DNA of 64,000 bases from NCBI GenBank assembly GCA_030615175.1, contig JAUWZX010000002.1, positions 1 to 64,000 of the forward strand, in the 5' to 3' direction. Each line of letters begins with the position of its first letter. Positions within the stretch are counted from its first letter, which is position 1. Source of the DNA: Candidatus Parvarchaeota archaeon (GTDB lineage Archaea; Nanobdellota; Nanobdellia; WJKC01). The notes beneath the pieces are model-generated. The model saw only the letters and a program-made list of their open reading frames with translations, had not been told where the DNA came from and made no database searches. Position numbers and translations under genes: made by a program. Shown piece by piece: positions 1 to 9,353 of this stretch.

Positions 1-195
1 AGCCCTAGGAGAAGACAAAAACAACTGAATAGCCATCGCTAAAACCGCAGCAACACTTAAAGCAGACAACTCATGAGAATAAGCCATCATGAACTCTTGA
101 ACAGCAGAATCAGGCTCCCAATACTGATAATAATACTGAGCAAAAACAACACTACAAACAAAAAAACAAAGAAACAAAACTAACACCCTTCTCAT
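1..195 (-). CDS. Secreted/membrane protein, N-terminal part (runs off window edge)
   Basis: Manual translation from ATG at 195: MRRVLVLFLCFFVCSVVFAQYYYQYWEPDS..., a signal-peptide-like start, open to position 1. Confidence 0.65.
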   Translation of the reverse strand, partial: MRRVLVLFLCFFVCSVVFAQYYYQYWEPDSAVQEFMMAYSHELSALSVAAVLAMAIQLFLSSPRA

Positions 196-284
196 AATAA
201 TTAAATATACTTACCTGATATTTAATAAATGTTCTCCTTACACGTAAAGAGTTATAAGAAATAAATGCATTAGTAATTAATCTA

Positions 285-980
285 ATGACTGACTTACTTG
301 AAACAGAAGCAGTAATATTTGATTCAAGCGTGCTCCTAAAATTAGACATTAAAGGAATGAGGAGTAAAATGAAGGAAATAATCAAGAATCATGCAGATCA
401 TAAAAGAGTAATGGGGAACTACGTTAAAGCATTCAAGCAATACCAGAAAGGAATAATAAAGAATGATATTAAATTCTTCAAAGAAGTATTCAAAGGGTTA
501 AGAATGCCGCAGAGAAAAATTAAGAACTTAATAATAAGGCATGATAATTGGCGCAAGAAGTACGTGAAATTAAATCCTCACGCCAAGAAAGTGATTAATA
601 TTTTATCAAAGGATTACAGACTGGGATTAATAAGTAATATGCCGAAGAAATGGTTTAATAATGACACTCGAATGACAGGACTTAATCATAAAAGAATACT
701 TCAAAGTGAAATCTTCTCGCAGGAAGCGGGCATACCAAAACCGGATATCAGGATATTCAAGAGATCGATAAGGGAATTATTCACAGACCCTGAACGGTGC
801 GCTTACGTGACAAATCATTTAAGTGAAGTGAAAGGGGCTGGAATGGCAGGCATGCAAGTAATATTTATTGGTGAAAGACAAGCAGGTGATTACACAATCA
901 AGAACTTAGGTGAATTAATAGACTTATTCATCACTCCAGATGTTACAGAACCACAGGAAGTAAAAGTAAGGGATAAGTAA
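285..980 (+). CDS. HAD-superfamily hydrolase-like protein with degenerate motifs
   Basis: AVIFD, LGLISN, GIPKPDIRIF and KGAGMAGM motifs; motif IV GD is replaced by TN. Confidence 0.75.
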   Translation: MTDLLETEAVIFDSSVLLKLDIKGMRSKMKEIIKNHADHKRVMGNYVKAFKQYQKGIIKNDIKFFKEVFKGLRMPQRKIKNLIIRHDNWRKKYVKLNPHAKKVINILSKDYRLGLISNMPKKWFNNDTRMTGLNHKRILQSEIFSQEAGIPKPDIRIFKRSIRELFTDPERCAYVTNHLSEVKGAGMAGMQVIFIGERQAGDYTIKNLGELIDLFITPDVTEPQEVKVRDK

Positions 981-1022
981 AAACTTAAAAACAATGATAA
1001 TTCTAATATTTAATTATTAGAT

Positions 1023-1094
1023 GGGCCGGTAGTTCAGTAGTAGAATACTCCCCTGGCTTGGGAGAGGTCCCGGGTGCGAATCCCGGCCGGTCCA
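1023..1094 (+). tRNA. tRNA-Ala(GGC)
   Basis: Cloverleaf: GGGCCGG/CCGGTCC acceptor with G3:U70; anticodon arm CTCCC-CTGGCTT-GGGAG; T arm CCGGG/CCCGG; CCA not encoded. Confidence 0.9.
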
Positions 1095-1131
1095 TAAAAT
1101 TTATAATACTTTTAAATCTTAATCTTAGGTT

Positions 1132-1374
1132 ATGATTAATGGACTTGAAAAACAATTAATTAAAATGCCTGAAATAATGAAAAAGAAAACAATTCAGGAA
1201 GAAATAGAAGAAGTTCTTAAAAAAATGATAGAAAAAGGGGAGATGTTTTTAGACAAATATAAAGATATAAATAAAATTATTAAGAAAATGAGAGAAAATG
1301 GGGAGGAATATCTTAAAAAAAACACAGAGTACTGGGAGAATATTAAAGGAAAAGAAGAATATCCTAATTATTAA
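1132..1374 (+). CDS. Small K/E-rich hypothetical protein
   Basis: 80-aa ORF between two tRNAs; TATA-like TTTTAAA upstream. Confidence 0.55.
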   Translation: MINGLEKQLIKMPEIMKKKTIQEEIEEVLKKMIEKGEMFLDKYKDINKIIKKMRENGEEYLKKNTEYWENIKGKEEYPNY

Positions 1375-1417
1375 CAGAAAAATTAAAAAAGGAATAACCT
1401 TATTCTTAATACTTAGT

Positions 1418-1492
1418 GGGCCCGTAACTCAGTCTGGTCAGAGTGGCTGGCTCTTAACCAGTTAGTCGAGGGTTCAAATCCCTCCGGGCTCA
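1418..1492 (+). tRNA. tRNA-Lys(CTT)
   Basis: GGGCCCG/CGGGCTC acceptor; anticodon arm GCTGG-CTCTTAA-CCAGT; GGTTCAAATCC T arm. Confidence 0.95.
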
Positions 1493-1496
1493 CTTC

Positions 1497-1883
1497 TTAA
1501 ATAAATAATTTATCAATATCTTCTGAATTAGTAGGAGTAGGCATCTTTAACAGCATGTCAATGAAGTCCTCATTACAATGAGTGCCTAATGTGAATTCAA
1601 CCTTGTCTTTTTTTCTTTTAAAAGAGTAAAATTCCTCATCATTAGGGAATTCTTTTATTTTTATTTTAAAACCCAGTGACTTAAAACTATTCAAGTAATG
1701 CCTGCCAATTACTCTATCAACTGTCTTGCCAAAATTCAAGGAGCCAAACTCAAATATTATGAATTCCCATCCATTCCTTGCCAACGCCTCACTATTATTC
1801 TTCAAGTAATCTGACACCTTAGCTTTAAAGTAATCATTGTTTGGGAGTCTATTAATCCTGCCAATTATTGTACTTACTTTCAT
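1497..1883 (-). CDS. Hypothetical protein
   Basis: 128-aa ORF with no recognised motif. Confidence 0.6.
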   Translation of the reverse strand: MKVSTIIGRINRLPNNDYFKAKVSDYLKNNSEALARNGWEFIIFEFGSLNFGKTVDRVIGRHYLNSFKSLGFKIKIKEFPNDEEFYSFKRKKDKVEFTLGTHCNEDFIDMLLKMPTPTNSEDIDKLFI

Positions 1884-1926
1884 AGAATTAAGTATTTAAA
1901 TTGCTCTTTTTAAGGTTTTATATTCT

Positions 1927-2109
1927 CTAGTTAGGAATGTTATGCGTCTTCTTATTCCAGGAGTACTTCCTTAACTTACTCGTCTTCCCGTAACCGCAAC
2001 TAGCACAATGCTTGCTGCGCTTGTGAAGTGAGTGCTTACCGCACCTGCGGCAGATTATATGCGATTTGCCTCTGCTGTGCTTGCCCTTGCTTGGAGTTCC
2101 TTTACTCAT
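1927..2109 (-). CDS. rpl37e: 50S ribosomal protein L37e
   Basis: MSKGTPS...HIICRRCG...CASCGYG zinc finger; follows Lsm as in the conserved archaeal pair. Confidence 0.97.
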   Translation of the reverse strand: MSKGTPSKGKHSRGKSHIICRRCGKHSLHKRSKHCASCGYGKTSKLRKYSWNKKTHNIPN

Positions 2110-2111
2110 CT

Positions 2112-2345
2112 TCACTCAGCTGCACTGCTTATAAGAATTATCGTGTCGCCTCTAACGAACAGCCTGCCGAGTTTACGCTTAACCTCGCCATTAACTATTT
2201 GCTCAGCAGACCCTAATACCACGTTAATGTGAATGTCAAATGCTTCCAGTAAGCCATTAAATTTAGTGCCATTCTTTAACTCTATGAGAACCCTCTTACC
2301 CTTAGCCTCATTCAAAGCATCCAAAGGTCTCTGTATCTCAGCCAT
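2112..2345 (-). CDS. Sm-like (Lsm) protein
   Basis: RPLDAL...ELKNG...[14 protein letters not shown]...VRGDTI Sm1/Sm2 motifs; start moved to MAEIQ. Confidence 0.95.
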   Translation of the reverse strand: MAEIQRPLDALNEAKGKRVLIELKNGTKFNGLLEAFDIHINVVLGSAEQIVNGEVKRKLGRLFVRGDTIILISSAAE

Positions 2346-2434
2346 AATTAATGAAGCAAAACTTAACATATTTAAAAAGTTATTGGTGTTCAGTCCCAAA
2401 ATCCTTAAAAACAGAAATTGTATGAAAATGCAAC

Positions 2435-2728
2435 ATGATTCCGGAGAATTTAATACTTGGATTAGGGAGCAGGCTTAATATAAGGATTTTAAAATCATTA
2501 ACAGATAACTTGGATAAAGAATTAACTATAAAAGGCACAGCAAAAGATTTAAAAATTGACTATTCAACAGCATTCAGGCATTTAGAAAAATTATGCGACG
2601 CTGGATACTTAACATTTGATTATGAAAATAGTGAATTAAAAGCCATAAAAACATATTATTTAAAGGATGAAATAAAAGATAATGAAAAATTAATTGATTT
2701 CATACAAAGCATTGAACTCTATAAGTAA
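2435..2728 (+). CDS. Winged-helix DNA-binding protein
   Basis: LGSRLNIRILK...TIKGTAKDLKIDYSTAFRHLEKLCDAGYL HTH pattern. Confidence 0.75.
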   Translation: MIPENLILGLGSRLNIRILKSLTDNLDKELTIKGTAKDLKIDYSTAFRHLEKLCDAGYLTFDYENSELKAIKTYYLKDEIKDNEKLIDFIQSIELYK

Positions 2729-2772
2729 GACACCAATAATTTTATAAACCCTTGCCAAATTCTTCTTGTTTT

Positions 2773-3315
2773 ATGAGTATCTGGACAGGAGGCTCTAAGA
2801 GGAAGCCGAGCGGCGGCAGGTATCACAGAAGCATTCCTAAAAAGAAAGCATTGTTAGGCAGGATTCCAAGCCTTACAAGAGCTTCAAATAAAAGAGTTAT
2901 TAAGAAGATAAGAACTAAAGGTGGAGGAAGGAAGAACAGTGCAGTCCAGTTAAAAGAAGTTAATGTTTATGATCCTAAGAAGAAGAAAACAGTTAAAGCA
3001 GTTATTCAGGACGTGTTAGAGAATAAGGCTTCAAGGCATTACGTGCGCATGAACGTCATAACAAAAGGTGCTATTCTAAAAACTAATCTCGGACCAGTAA
3101 AAGTTACTAACCGGCCTGGACAGGACGGAATTGCCAATGCAGTATTCACTGAATATAAAGAAGAAGTGAAAACTACAAAGATTAAGAAAGCAAAGATGAG
3201 GAAGAAGAAAGCTCACAGGGACAGGAAGGTAAAGAAAGTCAAGGTTAAGAGAGAGCCATTAACTAAGAAAGTAATTAAAACAGTTACGAAAGTAGTTGCT
3301 GGCAAAAAGAAATAA
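2773..3315 (+). CDS. rps8e: 30S ribosomal protein S8e with Lys-rich C-terminal tail
   Basis: SKRKPSGG...RTKGG...NVITKGA...VTNRPGQDG. Confidence 0.97.
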   Translation: MSIWTGGSKRKPSGGRYHRSIPKKKALLGRIPSLTRASNKRVIKKIRTKGGGRKNSAVQLKEVNVYDPKKKKTVKAVIQDVLENKASRHYVRMNVITKGAILKTNLGPVKVTNRPGQDGIANAVFTEYKEEVKTTKIKKAKMRKKKAHRDRKVKKVKVKREPLTKKVIKTVTKVVAGKKK

Positions 3316-3316
3316 A
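3299..3316 (+). repeat. 18-bp direct repeat, copy 1 (rps8e 3' end)
   Basis: CTGGCAAAAAGAAATAAA, identical at 5922-5939. Confidence 0.85.
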
Positions 3317-3389
3317 CATTATGATACAATAATTCTTATATTATAATTCTTAATTGATAACTATTATTATGAATGGAGCTGAATAAAAA

Positions 3390-3815
3390 ATGGCACTGGA
3401 TTTGTTGTATGATAAGTTTAAACCTGTTACAGTCTTTGTGCAGGATCACTTTGAGAAGATTTGGAAAATTAATTTGTTGAATGATGATAGAGTGGAGTTA
3501 ACTTATTATGTTAATGCACAAGAGAGCTTGGATGATAAAAAAGTTGAAAGTTTTTTCTCAGCTTGTAACAGTGTTGTAAAAGGACTTGAGCATAATGTTG
3601 ATACAACTGATTTTCCTTATAAGAATTTTTTTGGAGGAGGTGGGAAAAAGAAAAGTAAAAAAAGCAAATATGACATAAAACTCCCCACTCATCTTAAAGA
3701 AGTAGATAATAAAATAAAAACCTTAGAGAAAGAATTGGAAAAAGTCAGACAAGAACAAAAATTAATAGCAAGAAACAATGATTACTCAATAGAACTACAC
3801 ATAAGCGTGTATTAA
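3390..3815 (+). CDS. Hypothetical protein with C-terminal coiled coil
   Basis: 141-aa ORF. Confidence 0.6.
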   Translation: MALDLLYDKFKPVTVFVQDHFEKIWKINLLNDDRVELTYYVNAQESLDDKKVESFFSACNSVVKGLEHNVDTTDFPYKNFFGGGGKKKSKKSKYDIKLPTHLKEVDNKIKTLEKELEKVRQEQKLIARNNDYSIELHISVY

Positions 3816-3910
3816 AAAATTTCAAAGTTAATCAGGTGGGCGAACAACACCTTTGAGAAGGGTGGGGGTGTGTTATTACTAATTATTCAGACGCAGAAAG
3901 AAGAAGTAAT

Positions 3911-4540
3911 TTAAAAGAATCCTATTAATATGTAATAATCCTTTTTATCACAAGCAGCGCCAAAACCATCACTAGTGCAGGGATGCTTATTCTCTTCATT
4001 TACTATTATTTCACATCCTAATTTCTTCATTATCTCCAGAGCCCTTAGGAATTCATCATCCCTTAATAAAGTTAATAATAACATTGCATTCTCTCTTGCG
4101 TAATCCTTTATACTAAGAAATATTTTGTACCACTCATCATCATTAGTGACTGGCTTATAATAAGTATGATTTAAAGAATAATGATAACAATAAGGCATCG
4201 GAATATTCCCAGAACCACCAGGGCTTAATGGAACATTTCGTCCCATAATTATATCAAATAAATCATCGCTTGATAGAATATCATTTAATTTGTTTAATTC
4301 CCCTCTTACAAATGACTTCCTTCCTAACTTTTCTGCTCGCACCTCAGCTGTATGGCAATTATCAATACTAATTAATTCCTTTGGCTTAAAGTACTCATAT
4401 AATACGGGCTCTTCATTTATTAAGCCACAGCAGATATTCAATATCCATGAATTATAATAATCCCCTTTATTAGGAATATAGTACTCCAGTAACTTCCTAA
4501 AGTCCCCCGCATCCTTTTTTAATAACTCGCTCCAGTGCAT
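3911..4540 (-). CDS. Class I SAM-dependent methyltransferase-like protein
   Basis: ILNICCG (motif I-like), LISID, FVRGE, FDIIMGRN. Confidence 0.55.
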   Translation of the reverse strand: MHWSELLKKDAGDFRKLLEYYIPNKGDYYNSWILNICCGLINEEPVLYEYFKPKELISIDNCHTAEVRAEKLGRKSFVRGELNKLNDILSSDDLFDIIMGRNVPLSPGGSGNIPMPYCYHYSLNHTYYKPVTNDDEWYKIFLSIKDYARENAMLLLTLLRDDEFLRALEIMKKLGCEIIVNEENKHPCTSDGFGAACDKKDYYILIGFF

Positions 4541-4596
4541 GACTTATCGTCATAGTAATTAACACTTATAAAATTATTGTAAAAAAGAGATACATA

Positions 4597-4628
4597 TTAT
4601 CCACAATCGCGTACATGATATTCTTCCT
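4597..4628 (+). repeat. 32-bp direct repeat, copy 1
   Basis: TTATCCACAATCGCGTACATGATATTCTTCCT, identical at 5364-5395. Confidence 0.95.
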
Positions 4629-4691
4629 GTTCCTCAGGAGGAGAGAGAAAAAGTAAAAATGTTTATAAGTATAAAAAATTAGTTTCAGCTT

Positions 4692-5318
4692 ATGCCAAGT
4701 CTAGATCAGATTATTATTGATGAAGATATTGAAAGAAAGGACACTGCTTATGATAATCCTAAGAAGTTTTTTGTCCAAACTTTTGGTTTTAACGACGTAA
4801 AAGAAGGAGAAGTTATTTTCTGGCACAAACCTCAATACGCCTTACATGTTGGTCTTCCAGAAGAATCTTGTTGGGGGCTTGATGTTGATAAAAGGGTTTC
4901 AAAAAAAGCTTTTGGCTCCACATGTGGAATTTATTCTATTATAGAAAAGATTGTCATAATTCCCATACGTAAGTCAAAAAAATATTCCAGTAGCGAAATG
5001 CATGAGTTGGCCCATAAAGCATATTATTTTCGTTTGGAGCCCATTGTTAAAACCATTCTGGAAAAATATCCAATGGATCTTCGCAACATATCAGAAACTG
5101 CTACAGCCATCGTGGATGGTAACAGTGCTTGTTTTCTCTTCAATAATGGACTATGTTACAAACTGTACCTTATTGATGAATTATTAAATCATAACAGAAA
5201 TGCATTTTTTAACATAATTTCTGATTTTAATTCTAAAAAAGATGCTGAAGTTTATTTGAAGACAAAAAAACCATCCCTCAGTCAAAAAATCAAAGCCAGG
5301 TTTAGAGGAACGCTTTAA
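4692..5318 (+). CDS. Putative zincin-type metallopeptidase-like protein
   Basis: HELAH (HExxH) plus downstream SE motif. Confidence 0.55.
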   Translation: MPSLDQIIIDEDIERKDTAYDNPKKFFVQTFGFNDVKEGEVIFWHKPQYALHVGLPEESCWGLDVDKRVSKKAFGSTCGIYSIIEKIVIIPIRKSKKYSSSEMHELAHKAYYFRLEPIVKTILEKYPMDLRNISETATAIVDGNSACFLFNNGLCYKLYLIDELLNHNRNAFFNIISDFNSKKDAEVYLKTKKPSLSQKIKARFRGTL

Positions 5319-5363
5319 ACACTAGAATTAATCAATAGAAAAGAATACGAAATATGATATATT

Positions 5364-5395
5364 TTATCCACAATCGCGTACATGATATTCTTCCT
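5364..5395 (+). repeat. 32-bp direct repeat, copy 2
   Basis: Identical to 4597-4628. Confidence 0.95.
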
Positions 5396-5450
5396 ATTCA
5401 GAAGAAGGAAAAAGAAATAGTCACTACAAAGAATAAAGGGTTAGGATTTA

Positions 5451-5873
5451 TCAGCGGTATATTCTGTTTGAGACTTTTTTTGGTATTGTTTTATGAACTT
5501 CAAGGTCTATTTTTATACGTTGGCTTATCCCATCTTTTAATAATTCCAAGCCTTTAATTATACTATTATATTCTGGCAGTTCCTCTAATTGTTTAACTTC
5601 TTCTTTGATTATATTGAATTCCTTATCAATTTGTTCATCACTGGCCATGAAACGCCTGTACACGTGATCAAGTACTGAAAACCGTTGCAGTAAGAGTACA
5701 GACTTCATTTTCATATCAAGTCCTGATCCAATATCACCATTATTAACGTAATTAATTCTGTTTTCTTCATACTTATTCATCTTAAGGGCTAATTCTACAA
5801 TGTTGTGAGTATAATCATTTAGTAACTTAAAGTGAGAATCATTTTTTAATAAGTCGCGCAACCCTTCAACCAT
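5451..5873 (-). CDS. Hypothetical helical protein
   Basis: 140-aa ORF; TATA-like TTTATAAA upstream. Confidence 0.6.
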   Translation of the reverse strand: MVEGLRDLLKNDSHFKLLNDYTHNIVELALKMNKYEENRINYVNNGDIGSGLDMKMKSVLLLQRFSVLDHVYRRFMASDEQIDKEFNIIKEEVKQLEELPEYNSIIKGLELLKDGISQRIKIDLEVHKTIPKKVSNRIYR

Positions 5874-5921
5874 TAAATATTAATTATTAAAAGAATATTT
5901 ATAAAGTTATGGTGGCAGTAA

Positions 5922-5939
5922 CTGGCAAAAAGAAATAAA
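5922..5939 (+). repeat. 18-bp direct repeat, copy 2 (relic of rps8e 3' end)
   Basis: Reads ...VAVTGKKK* versus rps8e ...KVVAGKKK*. Confidence 0.85.
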
Positions 5940-5961
5940 ATAAAAAAAAAATAAGAAAGTT

Positions 5962-6414
5962 TTAAATCGTGCTTGTTTCAACGCCTTCCAGTGGATTAAG
6001 CAATGAACCCAGGTCTCCGAATTCGCCAAGACCCATTCCCTCAGTTGAAGTATCCATATCTCCTAAGTCAGTCTCGTCAGTGCCTAGTTCAGCGCTTGTT
6101 TCTAACGCTTCACCAAGTAAATTACCTAGTTCGCAGTCCGTTGTCTGGCATGTAAATGTTCCGTCACCGTCATCATCGCACCAGTATAGACTAGCACCAG
6201 TGCAAGTTGCTTCATCATTGCAGAGCACTAAGTGGCTTGAATCACAAACAGTGCACTCAGTTTCCTGACAGTTAAATGTTCCGTTACCGTCATCATCGCA
6301 CCAGTAATAATTTGCTCCTGTACACGCTGCTTCAGTGGTTATGTCTGCTGGTTGTAATGCGCAGCCCGCTAATAACACGACTGTCATTAAACCAATTATT
6401 AAAGTCTTCTTCAT
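5962..6414 (-). CDS. Lipoprotein with two Cys-rich DxDGxG repeats
   Basis: Lipobox LLAGC; repeats CTGANYYWCDDDGNGTFNCQ and CTGASLYWCDDDGDGTFTCQ. Confidence 0.8.
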   Translation of the reverse strand: MKKTLIIGLMTVVLLAGCALQPADITTEAACTGANYYWCDDDGNGTFNCQETECTVCDSSHLVLCNDEATCTGASLYWCDDDGDGTFTCQTTDCELGNLLGEALETSAELGTDETDLGDMDTSTEGMGLGEFGDLGSLLNPLEGVETSTI

Positions 6415-9248
6415 GTTCCACCAACTCCTTTAGCTAGACTAGTCCATTCAATAGTTATTGCATCCATTTTCAATTTCGCTGCTTCCAAATCCGTTAACGC
6501 ATCTTCAAAGTTCCCTGCATTCCTCTTTGACTCTGCTGAAGTAATTAATGCATTAAACTCATTAATCAATGCCTTCAAGTTTGTTGCGTCAATAACTCCT
6601 CTTGCTTCAAACATCTCCGCTCTCTTAAGCGCTGAAGCCAGTCTGTTCTGAAGAGCAGTTGTCTTCCCTAAGAATCCATTTATAATGCCTTCCTTCTTAA
6701 TATTCCTCCATTCCTTCTCCATTAATTCATACTTTGCTTTAATCAAGCCCAAGTACATTAATGCCTCATCATAATTCTCAGCATCATACGCTTCAATTGC
6801 CTTAATCTCATTCTCCAGGATATCTGCATATAATTCCTCCAGTCTAGTTGTTGTTAATCCATCAGCCTGCGCTTCTGCAAGTCGCGTGTCATACACTGCC
6901 TTGAAATCATCTAGTTTATCAAGGAATTTCTCCACTAGTTTCTTCTGCATCTGCACACTTAATTGCTCTTCAACTTCTACCTGCTTTGCATCCCATAAGT
7001 CCATCATTTCCTCAATGCCGGCATCTATTAACTCTTGTCCAGCAGCCTCTAATTCCCATATGTCATTGCTCGTGTCATCATCTTCCATATTCACATTATC
7101 CATGTTCGCTGCTGCCTGGTCAAATAATGCTTCTACAACAATCATTTGAGCTCTTAATTCATCAAGCGCGTTGTCAAAAACAGTTGTGTCAGTCCCTTCA
7201 GCAATTAATTCATCCCTCTTCGCCTCTGCCTGCAGTAATTTATAGTCTCCTATTTTCCTGAACAAAGTCTTCATTGCCATGAATCTCTGCTTAATTTCAG
7301 CCACAATCGCTGTTACCTCTGCTTGCTCCATTTCCCTCATTTTCACTTCCATGTCCCTCATCATGCTTTCAAGCTTGCTGCCTAACGCCTGCATCTTGAT
7401 TGCTGACGGAGGCTCCATGTCTGTAAATAATTCTGCTTCCAATTCCAGCCTTCTAATCTCAATCTGATCTTCTATATATGACTGCATTTGCTGTTGTGTA
7501 ATTTCACCACTCGCAACTTTTGCCTGCGCTTCTGCCATAACTTCACTCTGCGCTGCCTGCATTCGCGTCTCCATTTCTGCCTGTACCTGCAACATCAATG
7601 CTTCCATTTCAGCACTTATTTGAGATTGAAGAGTCCTCATAGCAGCCCTTATCTGGTCATCCATTTGCTTGAAAACACTGTCAACTATTGCTCCTATTGC
7701 ATCCTCTCCTCCTTCTAATAATTCCTTTAAAGGCATGACTGCTGCCTTGAAAGTGTCTGGTGTTGAAGCACAGATGTTATCAACTAATGAAGCCACTGTT
7801 ACAACTATGCCTTCAATTGGTGATACATCAATGTTCAAGTACTCGCTTAAATCAGGGTCATTATTCAACGCCGTGAAGTGGTCTATGATTACCTGCATGC
7901 TTCCCTTTAACTGCTGATTAATCCCTGTACTTATTGAATTGCAGAACATGTCTATAAAGTCCTGCCCAGCGCCTGCTTCTAAAATCTCTATTGGTATTTC
8001 AACAGGCATTCCTCCTTCAGGTCCTTTATGCCTCTGCCTTTCCCTCTCTTTTCCTTCAAAGTCGCCGCCAAGAGACCTAAGACAGTCATTCTTTATGTTC
8101 CTTTCAGAAACCTGGTCGCATAAGTTAATATTGTCATTAATCCATGCTATATGGTGAATGCAATGGTCAACTTCCACATCACTCATTGCTGGAGTCACTC
8201 CACCTGCTCTCTTGCAAATAGTGTTTAATAATTTGCACTCCTCAACAGTTTCAGGCATTCCAACAACAGGGCATGCTTCCTCAAATTCCTCTTTTCCCTG
8301 CTCAAAACCTCTTCTGAAACCGCCTCCAACTGATTGCTCGCAGTTCTCCTTCATGCCAACATCCAGTATACTGTCACAGTATGAAGAATCTTTTTCCTCA
8401 AAAGCAAAGTACATATAACAGTCATCTGCTCCAATCACTCTTCCAGAATCATCCATTACTTCCTGGGTTGTTACGAATTCAACACATGCTTCAACTGTCT
8501 GCGGTGGTTCAACCTTGCACCCTGTCTCGTCAACAGGCGTGTTAACCGGCGTGTTAGGGCATTGGTCACTATCATCAAGGACTCCATCATTATCAGAGTC
8601 CGCGCCAATGACTTCCCCTCCTTCCATTTCAACACCTTGAATCCTCTTACCTTTTCTCTCGCCATGTTCAATTAACGCGTCCTTGCATTCCCCTCTCTTC
8701 ACATCATCCTCTATGCCTCCACAGAGCTCAATGTTTCTGGAGTTCATTGCAATTCCGAACCAACAGTCATCTATTTCCTCTGTTATTTCTAGTTGTTTGC
8801 AGTCAAACTGTCCTTCAGGTGCTTCTTCTTCCCATACGCATCCAACTACAGAAACGCATGTTCCCTCATCAGGTACAAGTGAACAGTCACCTGCTCCATC
8901 GCAGTTAGCCACTACTTCTTCCCAAGTGCATCCAATCTCCTGGCATATGTATGAAGTTATAGCTACATTACAGCCAGCCACAATTCCTGAGCACGTGTTA
9001 TCAGTGCTATTCCACTTGCAAGCAACGCTTTCGCATGTTTTCTGGTCGTCCGCTATAGAACAGTCAGTCATGCTTGGAGTTCCACTACAACCTATCTTGT
9101 CAGGAGTCCAAGTACATCCAGCATTCCTGCATACCACATCATCGTCAGTTATTCCATAGCAATCAAATGTTCCGCTGCACTGTGCGTGCGCCACTGAAAT
9201 CAATGTTAATACTCCTAAAATAGTTATTAAAATAGAAATGTATTTCAT
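6411..9248 (-). CDS. Large secreted protein: Cys-rich repeats, TSP3-like repeat, long coiled-coil C-terminus
   Basis: Signal peptide MKYISIL...AHAQ; CxxxGCxW repeats; DSDNDGVLDDSDQCPNTP; Met/Glu/Ala-rich helical half. Confidence 0.8.
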   Translation of the reverse strand: MKYISILITILGVLTLISVAHAQCSGTFDCYGITDDDVVCRNAGCTWTPDKIGCSGTPSMTDCSIADDQKTCESVACKWNSTDNTCSGIVAGCNVAITSYICQEIGCTWEEVVANCDGAGDCSLVPDEGTCVSVVGCVWEEEAPEGQFDCKQLEITEEIDDCWFGIAMNSRNIELCGGIEDDVKRGECKDALIEHGERKGKRIQGVEMEGGEVIGADSDNDGVLDDSDQCPNTPVNTPVDETGCKVEPPQTVEACVEFVTTQEVMDDSGRVIGADDCYMYFAFEEKDSSYCDSILDVGMKENCEQSVGGGFRRGFEQGKEEFEEACPVVGMPETVEECKLLNTICKRAGGVTPAMSDVEVDHCIHHIAWINDNINLCDQVSERNIKNDCLRSLGGDFEGKERERQRHKGPEGGMPVEIPIEILEAGAGQDFIDMFCNSISTGINQQLKGSMQVIIDHFTALNNDPDLSEYLNIDVSPIEGIVVTVASLVDNICASTPDTFKAAVMPLKELLEGGEDAIGAIVDSVFKQMDDQIRAAMRTLQSQISAEMEALMLQVQAEMETRMQAAQSEVMAEAQAKVASGEITQQQMQSYIEDQIEIRRLELEAELFTDMEPPSAIKMQALGSKLESMMRDMEVKMREMEQAEVTAIVAEIKQRFMAMKTLFRKIGDYKLLQAEAKRDELIAEGTDTTVFDNALDELRAQMIVVEALFDQAAANMDNVNMEDDDTSNDIWELEAAGQELIDAGIEEMMDLWDAKQVEVEEQLSVQMQKKLVEKFLDKLDDFKAVYDTRLAEAQADGLTTTRLEELYADILENEIKAIEAYDAENYDEALMYLGLIKAKYELMEKEWRNIKKEGIINGFLGKTTALQNRLASALKRAEMFEARGVIDATNLKALINEFNALITSAESKRNAGNFEDALTDLEAAKLKMDAITIEWTSLAKGVGGT

Positions 9249-9353
9249 TTCATTAGAATAATAATGGTTAATCACTAATAAATCTTTCATGAATGGAAAA
9301 GTATTAAATAGTGTATCAAAAGACAATAATCATTAAATAATTAATATGATATA

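Noticed and set aside
152..385. 77-aa minus-strand ORF
   Set aside because: It overlaps the HAD gene and the better-supported ORF at 1-195 in another frame.
4597..4605. DnaA box TTATCCACA (also at 5364) as a replication origin
   Set aside because: The genome is archaeal, and the two copies exist only because they are part of the 32-bp repeat.
5354..5557. 67-aa ORF spanning repeat copy 2
   Set aside because: It overlaps 5451-5873 antisense and has no recognisable motif.
6886..9159. Plus-strand ORFs opposite the large secreted protein, and similar short antisense ORFs throughout the track
   Set aside because: These are Ser/Ile/Phe-rich shadows of well-supported genes on the other strand.
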